Origin: the human T2T-CHM13v2.0 reference genome, Homo sapiens
Length of the DNA: 64,000 nt
Reading direction: 5' to 3' (one strand)
Assembly (NCBI RefSeq): GCF_009914755.1
Contig: NC_060929.1
Under the pieces are notes generated by a model, which saw nothing but the letters and a program-made list of their open reading frames with translations, was not told where the DNA came from and did not search any database. This document shows, piece by piece, positions 14,348 through 40,440 of the stretch. A program made the position numbers and the translations under genes. Position 1 is the stretch's first letter; every line of letters begins with the position of its first letter.

Positions 14348-15237
14348 TGAGGTCGGGAGTTTGAGACCAGCCTGACCATCCCTTGAGACACGACTCATGG
14401 GATGAATCTCAGTTTGTGTAGTGATTAAGCGCACAAGTCTTGGAGTCAGCTTGGCCTGGGTTAGATTCTCTCTCATCTCCTCTACCTATCTACTACCTCT
14501 GTGACTTCAGGCAAGTCACCTAATGTCACTAAGCTTCAGGTCCTTTATCTATCAAATAGTGTAAATACGGGAGCACTCATCTCATTGGGTCTTCCACCCA
14601 TTCCTTTATTTGAGAAATGTTTATGGAATGCCTACTGGGCTCTGTTTCGGGCACTGAGAATTCAGAAGTGAACAAGACAGATAAGGCTTTGCTCTCGTGG
14701 AACGTACATTCTAGTTAGGGGAGAGGGATGGTAGTTAAACAAATAATTAAGATCATTTCAGATAGTGATACATGCTCTGGAGGTATCAGGGGGCTGTGGT
14801 CAAGCAAGGAGGTGAGGGTGGTAGGGAAATCAGGCAGGTGATGCCTGAGCTGAGACTCAAATGAAGGAACAGCGCTTTACACAGAAGGGCTAGCTGGTGC
14901 AAGGGCCTGAGGCAGAAACAAGCGTGGTGTATGTGAGGAGCAGAAGGAAGGTTGATTTTGTTGGAGCTAAGTAGCCAAGGGAGAGGGCTGTTTGAGAAAG
15001 GCAGTAGAAATAGGCAGAGCCAGGTCATAGGGCCTTGAAGGCCGTGGTTAATAGTTTGCATTTTAAGATCGATGAAGAATCACTGAATGGTTTTCAGCAG
15101 GGGACCAATATGAGCTGATTTCCACAAAGATTTAAAAGAGATTTTATATATATAAAATCAATAACTTAGCACAGAGCCTGGCACAGAGTGATGTTCAGTA
15201 TATGTTAGTTGCTGCTACTGTTATTATTATTGTTATT

Positions 15238-15526
15238 ATTTTTTTTTTTTTTTGAGACTGAGTCTTGCTCTGTCACCCAGGCTGGAGTGCAGTCACTATA
15301 ACACCTCTGCCTCCCTGGTTCAAGCAATTCTCCCACCTCAGCCTCCCGAGTAGCTGGGACTACAGGCGCGTGCCACCACACACGCCCAGCTAATTTTTTG
15401 TATTTTTAGTCGAGACGAGGGTTTCACCATGTTAGCCAGGATGGTCTCGATCTCCTGACCTCGTGATCTGCCCACCTCGGCCTCCTAAAGTGCTGGGATT
15501 ACAGGTGTGAGCCACCGTGCCCGGCC
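15238..15526 (-). mobile_element. AluS (antisense)
   Basis: Poly-T then reverse Alu; TSD ctactgttattatt on both sides. Confidence 0.93.
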
Positions 15527-16117
15527 TACTGTTATTATTGTTATTATCGATGCCCTTAAAGAGCCTAAAAATCTTCATCCTCCTTAAGGATAGGAAGCCA
15601 AGGCATAGTTATTACCATCCACGTGTAAAGTCAATCAAATCAGAGAACAGGATGCAGATTTTGTTAATCAAAGGAAATGCTTTTGGTCCTTTTCCCAAGT
15701 GTGAATTTTAAAGCAGAGGGTTTTCTCTATGATTAGCAATCATCTGGAACCAACTAAACTCCTTCAGCCCCACTTTGCCAAAATGTCTGGAACTCAGTCA
15801 CTTAGGTGCCATTGCCTATGGCCCCAGCCACCATTTAGGACCCTTGGAAAGGCTCCTGATTGATTGTTCAATCCAGCTGCCTTCGCTCTGGGTCTGACGG
15901 GCCCAGATGGGGAGAGGCTCCCTATCCTCCACCTTGAGTGCCCACCAGGTTTGCTGGGATACCTGGCCAATCTGCCATCGCTGACTTGGAGGTTCTCCCA
16001 CAATGTTCATGTCATTAAAAGCCCAGGGGCTGTTTTGATGTTTCAGAGAGGCCCTTGAAGGAAGCTGCCTTGAATTCTCTCTGACCCAGAGAAATGGAAA
16101 GTGAGTAATATGTGAAT

Positions 16118-16768
16118 GGGCTGGGCACAGTGGCTCACACCTGCAATCCCAGAACTTTGTGAGGCCTAGGTGGGAAGATCGCTTAAGCCCAGGGGTTCAA
16201 AACCAGCCTGGACAACATAGCAAGACCTTGTTCCTACAAAATAAATTTAAATTTAAAAATATATATGTGAATGAATGATTGCAAGCTGTGTAATGAAACT
16301 GGGATAAGCTTCTTGGGGTATATAGTATTTGTTTCTGGACAAAGTGCTTTACACCTGGTGAGGATTTTTCATTCCTTCATTCATCAGTATTTACTGAGCT
16401 TCTGCTAGGTGCCAGCCACTGTATAGCAGTTAGCAAAAAGGCTGCCATTCTCACCCTCATGGAGCTTCCAATCTAGTGGGACGTACACGCATCAAATAAC
16501 TGCACAAGTATGGTCAGGTGTAGTGGTTCACACCTCTAACCCTAGCACTTTGGGACCAGCCTGGGCAACATAGCAAGACCCCATCTCTACAAAAAATTAA
16601 AAAATTAGCCAGGTGTGGTGGTGTGTGCCTGTAGTCCCACCTACTTGGGAGGCTGAAGCAGGAGGATCCCTTGAGCCCAGGAGTTCATGGCTGCAGGGAA
16701 CCATGATTGTACTACTGCACTCCAGCCTGGGTGACAGAGCAAGACCTTGTCTCTAAAAAAAAAGAAAA
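16118..16768 (+). mobile_element. Alu monomer (16118-16260) and AluJ-like copy (16512-16768) in L2-like sequence
   Basis: Alu consensus segments. Confidence 0.85.
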
Positions 16769-17689
16769 ATTAATTGCATAAATATAAGTAGAAAATGACA
16801 ACAGCAATAAGTCTTCTGCAGGAGAGGCAGTAATGTTCTAAAGGTATATAATGAAGACAGAGTTTGGAAAAGTTTCTCTAGTAAGCGACATTTCAGCTCA
16901 GAGCTAAAAGATCAGTGGTATTAAGTGGGGTTTGGAAGGTGGAGTGAGAAATATTGCAGGCAGAGGACAGCATATGCAAAGGTCTTGAGGCTAGAGGGAT
17001 CACAGTGAATCCAAGGAAATGCAAAAAGACCAGTGTGACTACGGGGATGAAAATGAGGTGGACCCTGGTCCCACGAAGAGCTAGAAATATGGGGGACAGG
17101 GCCCATGCTGAGGACAGATCACAAAAGGCTTTGGAGGCTCTCTCAAGGATCTGCACTTTTATGCTTCTTGAGGACAATGGGTTACTATTAAAGGATTTGA
17201 AGCCATGGATATGTGTGTAAGTATTTGTGTTAGGGGGTGACAAGATCTAATTTGCATTTTGAAAAGCTCATTCTGGCCACAGAGTGAAGAATGACTTGCA
17301 AGGACCACAATGGGTTCTGGTAACTGCCCATCCCCACACTGCCCCTTCAGTTCTAGGAGTGACAGTGGAACCCTGTTGTTCCTGGTTCCAGGGTGCTGCA
17401 CCATCCCTGTAGTTTCCCTACACTCTGCAAAGTATGTCTATTATGTTTGCAAATAGTTTCTTTATCAAATGACCTCTCCTCAAATGAACAAATTTGTTCT
17501 GCTTGACTTTATGGAGAAATTATATAGGCTGGAAAAAAACAGGAGGAAAGTTTAGCAGTCACTTACCCTAACTCCTTTGTTTTGCTTGTGATACACATGT
17601 ATTGCTGGATTTTGTTTCCTAGCAAGTTGGACAAGCTTTGTCTTTTCTCTATTTTCGCTACAGTGGATAAGCTTCTTGGGGTATATAGT

Positions 17690-24020
<6,331 letters not shown>

Positions 24021-24451
24021 GTGGGAGTCCCCCAGAGAAACTGAAGGAGGAGAAAGGTGCTAGGAGAGGGATATCAAGTGTTTAGTGTTGTAGAGAGGTT
24101 GTGAGGGGTAAGAATGGAGGAAAGAGGGGCTTAGCAATGAGCACTCCCTGAGGATTACCTACGAGGAAGCCCTCCCAGCAGAGGCAGAGGCCAAGCCAGC
24201 GTGGTGAGGAGCACAGGGGAAGCCGAAGTCGAAAGTGGGAGATACTCTGTAGAGGTTCACTGAGTGAATACAATGCACTTCTGTTCCTCACTCCTCTAAT
24301 ATTCCATGGCTCTGGGACTTGGTTTCTCCTTAGAAACTCTGAGGTAAAGGCTGCATTCTAGGACCCTGACCCTGAACTTACTATTCATCATATGCAACTG
24401 GGTCTTGAGGATGAGCCAGGAAGAATAGAATATGTTTTCTCCTGGGAAGCC

Positions 24452-24515
24452 AGAGAGAGAGAGAGAGAGGGAAAAGAAGGGGGAGAAGGAGGAGGAGGAG
24501 GAGGAGGAGGGAGGC
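24452..24515. repeat. Polypurine tract: (GA)n then (GGA)n
   Basis: Seen directly. Confidence 0.9.
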
Positions 24516-27381
24516 AAAGAAGAAAGAACTGAGAGAAAAACAAACCAAACCACATTGTCACTAATCTGCCACAGCCATAAAGAAAAGAATGGGGTGACAT
24601 AGGAAGTTAGAGAGGCCTTGGGGGCCATTTTGCAATTTTCCTGTCTGCCCTCCAGAAAGAAAGAGGTTGTTTATTCAGTCACTTATTTAAAAAAAAAATT
24701 CTAATTAAGCACCTACTCTAAGTTGGATGCTAGGCTAGGCCAGAGGGAAACGTTAGTGAAGCAAATATCAAATATTTATTGACTGCTTATGTAACACCAT
24801 GTCCTGTGCTAAGCACTTGGTGTACATCCTGCTCTCAAGGACAGTCTAAGACGGGGGCTGTTGGTGTGGCTTTTATACCAACGGGGAAATGGGCTAACTG
24901 AAGCTTAGGATGGTTCGGAAACTCACTGCAGGTCACAGAGTGATCAGTAAGCCAGTTGGACACAGCCCAGGGGCACCTTTTCCAGCTCTGTCTTCACCCA
25001 GGCCCCTAAGGCTTCTCCCAGGGCACAGTCAGTGGCTGCTTGGAGTTGTGGATGAGTCAGGACGAGCTGGGGATAAGCAGTCCCAGTTCCTGCCTGCCCA
25101 TCCCGTCCTTGGCCTGAGAAAGGACAGGCACTGAGGACGGATGTGGGCCGGGACAATAGTGCCGCGTCACTGCTGATGAGAGGCCTGTGTTCACCTCCTC
25201 CCAGCCACCGCCTGAAGTCCATTTCAGCTACTGTCGTTGCTGTCACACACACCCGTCCCAGCACCACTGAAAACACCTGGGATTGTGTCTCAGGAACCAA
25301 AAATGGCGTTTCCTTCCTCCTCTGGGGTTTCCTCAAGGGTACTTGAGAGCACAACCGCTTTCTGAAATTCGATTCCCAAATGCCCAGGATTTCCCCTGTG
25401 GTTCCAGAGAAAGGGAGATATGTGGCTTCTGTGAACACCTATTGAGTGGGATCACAAGGAAGCATCCCGTGACCTTTCTTCTATTTTGAGATGAGGACGT
25501 AGGTGGCTGTGCTGCTGACCAGTGAGTGAGTCAGTGGGCCCAGGGACTGAACATTGTGTATAGGTGGAGAACTTGGGAGGCAGAACCACATTTAAAGAAA
25601 TGCTTCTGGTCATTCTGGTCTAATTTGGCAATCAAATAATTTTAAAACTGAAGGAGTCCACAGAGATTTGTATACAAGAATGTTTATCGTAATGTTTTAG
25701 TAGTAACAACCTAAGTGTCCACCTGTAGGGGACGGAGGAGATCAACAATGGCTGATCTCTACAAAGGAAAGCTATGTTGTCATTAAGCAGTGTGTGGTGG
25801 ATCTATTAGGTGTGGATACAAAAAGGTGTTCAAGACTGTTAAGAGAACAAAGCAAGACACAGAACAGTGCATATGTGTATATGCAGAAGTGTGTATATGA
25901 TTCTGTGTAGCCATGGGTGATTTCCGGAAATGCCCATGAGAAACTGCTAACTTGAATTGGCTTACTTTCAGAGTAGGAATGGGGGTTTGGGTGGGGAGTG
26001 AGACATTTACTCTTCACTTTACACTCTTCTGTACTTTTACATTTTTTAAAGTAATGAGCATCTATTGCTTTTATAATACAATGATAATAATAAAGTAGAA
26101 GAAAGAAAGGTTTAAGAAGGCTCACAAACCAAAGGTACCAAAACAATTCAGCATAGCATCCAGGAGTGCTGGGGGCAGGAGGAATGATGAAGTGGGGTCG
26201 GAGATGAACTTGCATGTTGGAAACTGTCCGTAGCCACTGCTTGCAGAGCTATACTTTGAACAATCAAGGTTGGTCACAGAGGCAGGGACTGGCAGGAAAT
26301 CACTATTTGCAAGGCTGATCAGTGACAGAAAGAATAAAACAAAGTCAAGGCCAAAGTTCAGCTCCAAAAACAGGGATTGAATTGTCTATTAAAATAATAG
26401 CCAAGGCCGGGCACTGTGGCTCATGCCTGTAACCCCACCACTTTGGGAGGCCAAGGTGGATGGATCGCCTGAGGTCAGGAGTTTAAAGCTGGGGAGATCT
26501 GCTGGAGGTGTGAGAATCTCCAGGTGTGTGATCTTGGCTCACTGCAACTTCCACCTCCTGGGTTCAAGTGATACTCCTGACTCAGCCTCCCAAGTAGCTG
26601 GGACTACAGGTGTGCGCCACCACGCCCAGCTAATTTTTGTATTTTTAGTAGATATGGGGTTTCACCATGTTGGCCAGGATGGTCTCGATCTCCTGACCTC
26701 GTGATATGCCCACCTCAGCCTCCCAAAGTGCTGGGATTATAGGCGTGAACCACCACAACTGGCTGATGAATTCAATTTTCATTCCAAACCCCCTTTCTTC
26801 CCAAGATGGTAAAGACTAGAACAAGAATTCGTAAGAACTCTTTCTATGCTCCTAATATCAAAGTGACTTTTTCCCCCTAAAGCAATCCTATTCTCTGCCC
26901 TAAAGTCTGGAGCATGCACCAACTGGTAAGGGCATTTGTCAAACATTTTATTATAGATTGTATCTTTTAATAAAAAATACTATTGTGACCATTAATCTAT
27001 TTATTTGTTCTATAAATATTTATTGAGTGGCACTATGGCTGTGAATTTTCAGCTGTCGTGCTCACAATTGAGTGGAGGACACAGACAAGTTAACAGGTGG
27101 TAATGATATGACAAATGAGCATATGAAGAGGATAAGCACCAGGTGTTGTGCGATCTCCTTGGAGGCATATCCACCTAGCCTTGGAAGGAGAGGTGACAGG
27201 AAGGGAAGTTTCCCTGATAAGAATAATGAAGTGTTAGCTACACCGGTATAAGGGTGAGGATGGGGATATGTGTTCAATTGCGGGGGGAAAAAAACCCTTC
27301 TAGTTTAAAGACCTGGACACTGGAGAAGCCTAGGCTTATCAAGGAACAGAGGAGGTGGTGTCAAGGAACAATTTATAATTT

Positions 27382-27706
27382 AGAGGCTGGGAATGGTAGG
27401 GGAGAGTGGGAAATAAAGAGTGGTTGATTAATGGGGACAAGTATATACTTGGAAGAAATAAGACTTGGTGTTCAATAGATCAGTAGGATGACTATAGCTA
27501 ACATCAACCAATTGTACATTTCAAAATAGCTGGAAGAAAATAATCAAATGTTCTAAGCAAAAAGAAAATATCAGTATTTAAGATGATGGATATCCCAATT
27601 ACCCTGACCTGATTATATGAATACATGAAATTATCACATGTACCCTGAAAATATGTACATTTATTAATGTAGCAACAACAAAAAAATGAAGCTAAAAAAA
27701 AAAAAA
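27382..27706 (+). mobile_element. L1MA-type 3'UTR fragment with A tail
   Basis: Similar to the L1 3'UTR at 32260-32515 (tttcaaaatagct...gatggatatcccaattaccctga). Confidence 0.8.
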
Positions 27707-27754
27707 ATCTAGAATTTTATACCTAGCAAAACTATCCATCAGAATATGAAAACA

Positions 27755-28497
<743 letters not shown>

Positions 28498-29067
28498 CTA
28501 AAATTGTGATTTGTTTCCTAGGACCCCTTTTGAGCAACATTGTGATTGGCTTCAACCGGAAACAATAGTTTTAATCTCGTTTTCATATTTTGCATTCCTT
28601 TAAAACGCTTCTGCTGCTTTTTTAAAAGTCTAGAAGCCACTATACTAGAAAGACCTTGAAATGTGTATAACACTAGTTAAACAGCCTTCTGCAATTTGGC
28701 AGGGCCCCCAGAAAATCCTGGGATCAAGAGGTTATAGGAATTTTAAGGTCTATGTAAGTGGTCATAGGTTTATGGAAGTTCCTGGAGCAATACACTGTGG
28801 GAGGGGTATGATAGGGAGGTGAAATTCTTACTGAATTTCAGCAAGACTCTATTGGTCATTCTTCCTTCAGGAGCAAAAGTGATCCCTAGAACATTTCTAC
28901 TAGAACAGCTCTGCTTACCACTTAATTGCTAAAGCTGCTTTTGACTTTCCAGACTGCCAGCAAATACATTTTAGAAATGCAAAATGAGGTGGGGGAAAGA
29001 CAATATGGCCAACGTTCTTCTTCTGCAAAATGCTGCCACAGCTGGAATAAGGCAATATCTGTATAAA

Positions 29068-29120
29068 TGTGTGTGTGTGTGTGCATGTCTGTGTGTGTGT
29101 GTGTGTGTCTGTGTGTGTGT
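29068..29120. repeat. Imperfect (GT)n microsatellite
   Basis: Seen directly. Confidence 0.9.
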
Positions 29121-29644
29121 TCAGTGGGCTCAGAAGAAATTTATGGGTATGTTATATTCTAGCAAATCAGGGTTGAAGCCAGAGCAGGGATCCAGGTGTT
29201 CCCTAAATCTGAAGCCAAAGAAACTTTTTATTTATGGTTTCAGCAGACAGACATTTTCTTTCCAAAATCTGCGTTGTAATCTGTATCTACAAGGGTAAAA
29301 GATCTGCACACAAACCAAGCCCTATGTTATGATGTTCACTGGTTTTCCTGGCCAAAAAGAGGGCATTCTCCAGTTCCCCATCAGCTGGGAGAAATCCTTT
29401 CCCCACCCTCTCCTGAACAAGTGCTTTCCCTCCCCACTAAGCAAGTGAATTTTAAATACTACTCTAAAGTTGTTGGCTGGTGACCCGGAAAATTCCTTTT
29501 GCTTTGTTATGCTGTTAATGGTCCATCAGTTTAAACCTCATATCCCCAGAAAGTTTCCTTCTCTTAACTAGATTGGAGAAGGAGGACGAAGTTTAAAAAA
29601 AAAAAAAAAGAATTGCTGTTTCAAAAGGCTTGGGGAAGATTCAA

Positions 29645-32515
<2,871 letters not shown>

Positions 32516-33070
32516 GAAAAATGCAGTGAAGGAAATGGTTCTGTAACTACTGATGCAGAAATATTTATATTAAACAAAACACATTGCAAATTAAATTTAT
32601 TACAAAGCACAAAATAACTTTCAAACTCTTTGATTTGCCAAGTTTTCATAAGACTAGAACTTGGAATTCTGAATTGCAGTCTCAATAAGACAACTCTATT
32701 TTGTCATAGAAAAAGTAATTGAAACAAGAATAGATAAAGAATAACAGCTTAGCTTTTTAACAGCTTAGTTCTTTCATCTTTGTTTGAATACAAAGGCCAA
32801 GGAAAAGAGTCTATGTGTTATTTTCAGGAAAATTTTCTGTATAAATTATTGTTATTGAAGCACTAATTTTCTATTTTATGGTCAGGTTGCATGCCTTGGA
32901 AAGGATGTAGTATATGATGAAATTGCCCAAATCATTTGAATGATAATAAAAGTTAAAAAAATAAAGGTGACTAGGCTCCAGATGAATGGAAGGAAAGAAT
33001 TTCATCTATTTCAATCTGTACAGTGGCTAGCACTAGGGCATATGTAAGTAGGTAAAAAGGGCCTTATTAA

Positions 33071-33395
<325 letters not shown>

Positions 33396-33717
33396 TGAAG
33401 GCGATAATTTTTTAATGAAGTAATTGATCAACCATGTAGGATTTTGGTAGACACAGGTCTTCTGGAGGACCTGTCATTCTGGAGGCCAAGATTCAGATTT
33501 CGATTTGAGATGTGTAAACTAGTAGGTATGTCAGTGTTGATGAGCCACTTAACTCAGTCACCTTCCTTATTCTTATTTGTAAGGTACAGTTTACCACCTT
33601 CTTGGATCTTGTTGTTGTTAGTTATATACCACTTACCGTGTGTGCCAGGTTCAGAGCTAAGGGCTTTTCCTGTATTAGCTAATTTAATTCTCACCAACAC
33701 CTCTGTAAGGTAAGTAC

Positions 33718-35942
<2,225 letters not shown>

Positions 35943-36789
35943 TAAAAGGAAGCACAGAGTGGCCAAACAATTCCACCCTAGAGCATGACATTTCACCTTC
36001 TGCCAGTTGCTCAGGTCATATGTTTGCTGAGTTATCAGCTCCTAATTGGAGGGAACAGTTCTGCACATAATGTTGTAGGCAGACCTCCTACCCCTAGGCT
36101 TTCAGATTTTTGCAATAAGGTCTTTACCACAAAGCACTATTGTTTTTCTTCAGGGCTTGGACTGTCAGATTCCATTTCTAAGCTTCCAGAAGAGCGACAC
36201 ATAGACACTGGGGAAGTCAGAGCCTTTGAACTCCAATGCCATCCCCGTCACCCACCTCCACCACCAGCACCACCACCGAATGGCACTTTGGACAATTTTT
36301 CCCTCTCATGTGACTTTTGTCATTTCTTACGTCAGTTGGAGCCAGCACCTCTCAAATCCATCTTCTAAAACCCAGAAAATTGTGTGTAACACATGATGAC
36401 TGAAAGGGAGTAGGCTGACCAGTTAAGAGCCTGCCACTGGAATGGAAGGCTGTGGGAAGGTGAGGGGACGGTGGACATCAACCGGGAAGAGCTGAAAGAT
36501 GGCGTTACCAGGTATCTACCCTGCTACCCTGCATAGAATTCCCAAGACCCAGGGTGGGTTTTTATGCTTCCCCGTTTAATATTTATTTTTATTATTTGTC
36601 AGTAGAAGTGTCTTTATCTTAAAAAATTAATACATTATTGTTGTCACCAATTTAAATAATATGGAGATGAATAGAAAGTAAAAGTATAGATTTACACTAC
36701 ACACACCCCTTTACGACCCTCCCTCATGCCTCTGCCCAGCCATCACTCCTAACCCTAACCCTTTGGAGTCTATCCTTCCAGATGGTTCT

Positions 36790-36792
<3 letters not shown>

Positions 36793-36832
<40 letters not shown>
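36793..36832. repeat. Perfect (GT)20 microsatellite
   Basis: Seen directly. Confidence 0.97.
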
Positions 36833-36834
<2 letters not shown>

Positions 36835-37716
36835 GTTTACAAAAATATCAGTGAGAGGACTCTATTCTGCACCTTGTATATTACAAGCATCTTTCTGGTC
36901 TATCAGCTCTCTTATTATTAACAGCAGCACAGTGCCACACTGTAGGAATGCATCATCTTCCTTTTCTTCTTATCTTTGGTTTCTCAGATCTTTTACTTTC
37001 CTGGGGAACCTGTCCCAGCTCATGCTTATACTCTCCCTGGGTCCTCCCTCAGGGAACTGCACAAATGGGAAGGTGGTCAAAGGTGAAAAGGGCATGGGGT
37101 GGGCCCTAGAAGGGAGAGTGAGGAGGGTGGGGGAGTGTATCCTATCCTGGTTATTACTGGGGTACACAGGGAGTTCCTTTTCCTCCTCACCTTGCCAAAT
37201 GTTTCCTCTGTCTGGCCAAGGCATACCTTTAACAATTTATGGGAATCATCTCTGAAAACGACCGAGAGGATTAGCACCAAGAAACATAAAAGTCTGTTTT
37301 CTTTGAGTTACAATCTCTCTTTTAAGACCTGAACTCTGGGCATCTAGGCCAGTCCGCTGCCTCTGTCCAAGATGTATGAGCAACCTGGGCTTATAGCACC
37401 CCATGCTCTTCTCTGGGTAGCTACTCTGCCTTATTAACAACCCCATTAGGTAGAAATTTGTTCCTTGCCACTGGAATGGCATTTCAGCTTACAGGATACA
37501 GACAAGACCACTTAATACCTGTGTGCCCTTGACCATATTTTGTGTCATCCCTGTACCCAGTTTCCTCATCTGTAAATAGGAATAATAATAATATCTAAGT
37601 TGGTAAGGTTTTTCTTTGTAACTTAAATTAGATAAAATACATATGTAGCTTACTTAGGGTATTATATAGCAGCTGCTAAGCACTCAATGAACGTGGATGA
37701 TTATGCCCTGAATTGA

Positions 37717-38725
<1,009 letters not shown>

Positions 38726-38731
38726 CTAAGT

Positions 38732-38910
38732 CAGTGGCTCTTAACCCTGGTTGTACACTAAACTCACTTTTGAAGTCTTACAGAAATGCCAGTGCCTAGG
38801 CCCCATTACCAAAGATCCTCATTCCCTTTGTCTGAGGTGGGGTCAGGGGTGTCAGTGTTTTTGAAAGCCTCCCTGGGAATTCTCATTTGCACCTAGGTTG
38901 AGAAGTACTG
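38732..38910. mobile_element. MER5-type hAT-Charlie DNA transposon
   Basis: Imperfect terminal inverted repeats cagtggctcttaacc / ggttgagaagtactg; ~180 bp. Confidence 0.7.
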
Positions 38911-39589
38911 TATCTAGTTCAGTGTCTCATTTTCCTTATAGGAAGCTGTGAGGCCGAGAGATGAAAGGAAAGGCTCAGGCGATATAGCAAGAGCAGAAGG
39001 ACCCAAGCCCCTTATCAAGGCTTGTATTCAAGGGGAAAATGCAGCCCTGGGGCTGCCCTTCACTCGGTCTTTGGGATGAGACTTCTGAGCTCTTTCCTGA
39101 TAATAATGTTTGGACCTTTCCAACCCAGTTCTTCCTAGCACCCTTGCCTTTTCATCCTTGGATGCCTCAGGTCAGACCCCTCAGAGAGGTGTCCCTACAG
39201 AAAGCCGCTGTTCTAGAATGTGACCCATTAAAAAACTCATAGCACTTGTAGATGTGAAATAATCCTGTTCATTCATTTTTGAGAATCTAAGCCCCCTGTG
39301 GGCAGGAACCGTATCTGTGTTGTTCCTGCGGTGCGGGGGCTTAGAGTAGTGACCAGCACTTAGTAAAACATACTCATTAAATGACTGAATGAACGAAATC
39401 CCAGGAGGCCAGTTGAGTAGTTTTTTTTTTTTTTTTTTTTTTTCCTGGTCCCGACCATCTGATTCTCATTACTTCTACAGCTCGGGAAGTCTCTGCTTTG
39501 GCATTTTATAAACCTCCTGTGCGTACGTCGACATTTTAACCATAAATCCAGAGTTTTGGGACTGCAAAACTCGAGGCCAGGGGATTGGG

Positions 39590-40440
39590 GGAGGGGGATA
39601 ACTACCCGGAGGTCCGAAGCCCGGCGGAGCTGCCCTGGGGTTGGGGGGAGGGACGGGAACCCTCGGGAGGACGCCCCTCCGCCCCCTGCCCACCCCCTCG
39701 GCGGGACATGGCCCCGGGCCGGGACGTCCTTCAGATTGGTGCGCCGCCGCCGCGGCCGTCTCCTCCCGTCGGGCGGGGTGGGGGGTGGTGAGGGACGCGA
39801 TCCAGGTCGTGGCCTGGCGGCGGCTCCGGCCACAGCCCCCGCATTCCGGCCGCGCGCCCCCGGAGGTGACGCCTTGAGGAAGCTGTATTTTTTTGGGGGG
39901 GAGCCGCAGGGAACCGTTGGGAGAGGGGCCCTGTGTGTGTCCCTTTAAGAGCCGGAGCGCTGCCCCCGCCTCGCAGGCGCCCGGAGCCTCACAAAAGAAC
40001 AGGATGTTGTTGATTTGTCACCAAACCACAGAGAGGAAATGATTGTAAATTTCCTTTAAACATCCCCACCGCGCTCCGGCCGCCCCCGCTTCCGCCTCCT
40101 CCGCCCCCGCCCGGTTCGGCACAGCGGGGCCTCAGCGCTCCCGCGGGGCGCCTGCTCCCCGGCCGGGCCACGGGCCGAGCGGCTCCTGGGCGTCTGCGGG
40201 AGGAGCCCCCGGCCCGGCCGCTGCCCCAGCTCGCGTTCCAGTTGCTTTTTCTACAGTTGCAGCGGAGGAAGGTCCTGGGCTTTTGTGTGAGCCCGCGCGC
40301 CGCCCTTCTCTCCGGGAGCGAATGGGAACCGCGCGCGGGGAGCTCCGTGCTGTGTCTAGGGAGCGCCTTAGCGCGCCATCCCCGTTTAGCCTCGCAGCTT
40401 CCCTGTAGAGGCAACAACCGTTATCTCCTTCGTTAGGGTC
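39590..40440. promoter_or_regulatory. Orphan CpG island ~32 kb upstream of SPRY4; enhancer or alternative lncRNA promoter
   Basis: Dense CpG and GC boxes; embedded AT-rich ETS/RUNX/FOX motif core at 39990-40063; no credible CDS. Confidence 0.8.

Noticed and set aside
36748-36761. CCTAACCCTAACCC telomere-like hexamers
   Set aside because: Only about two units; expected by chance.
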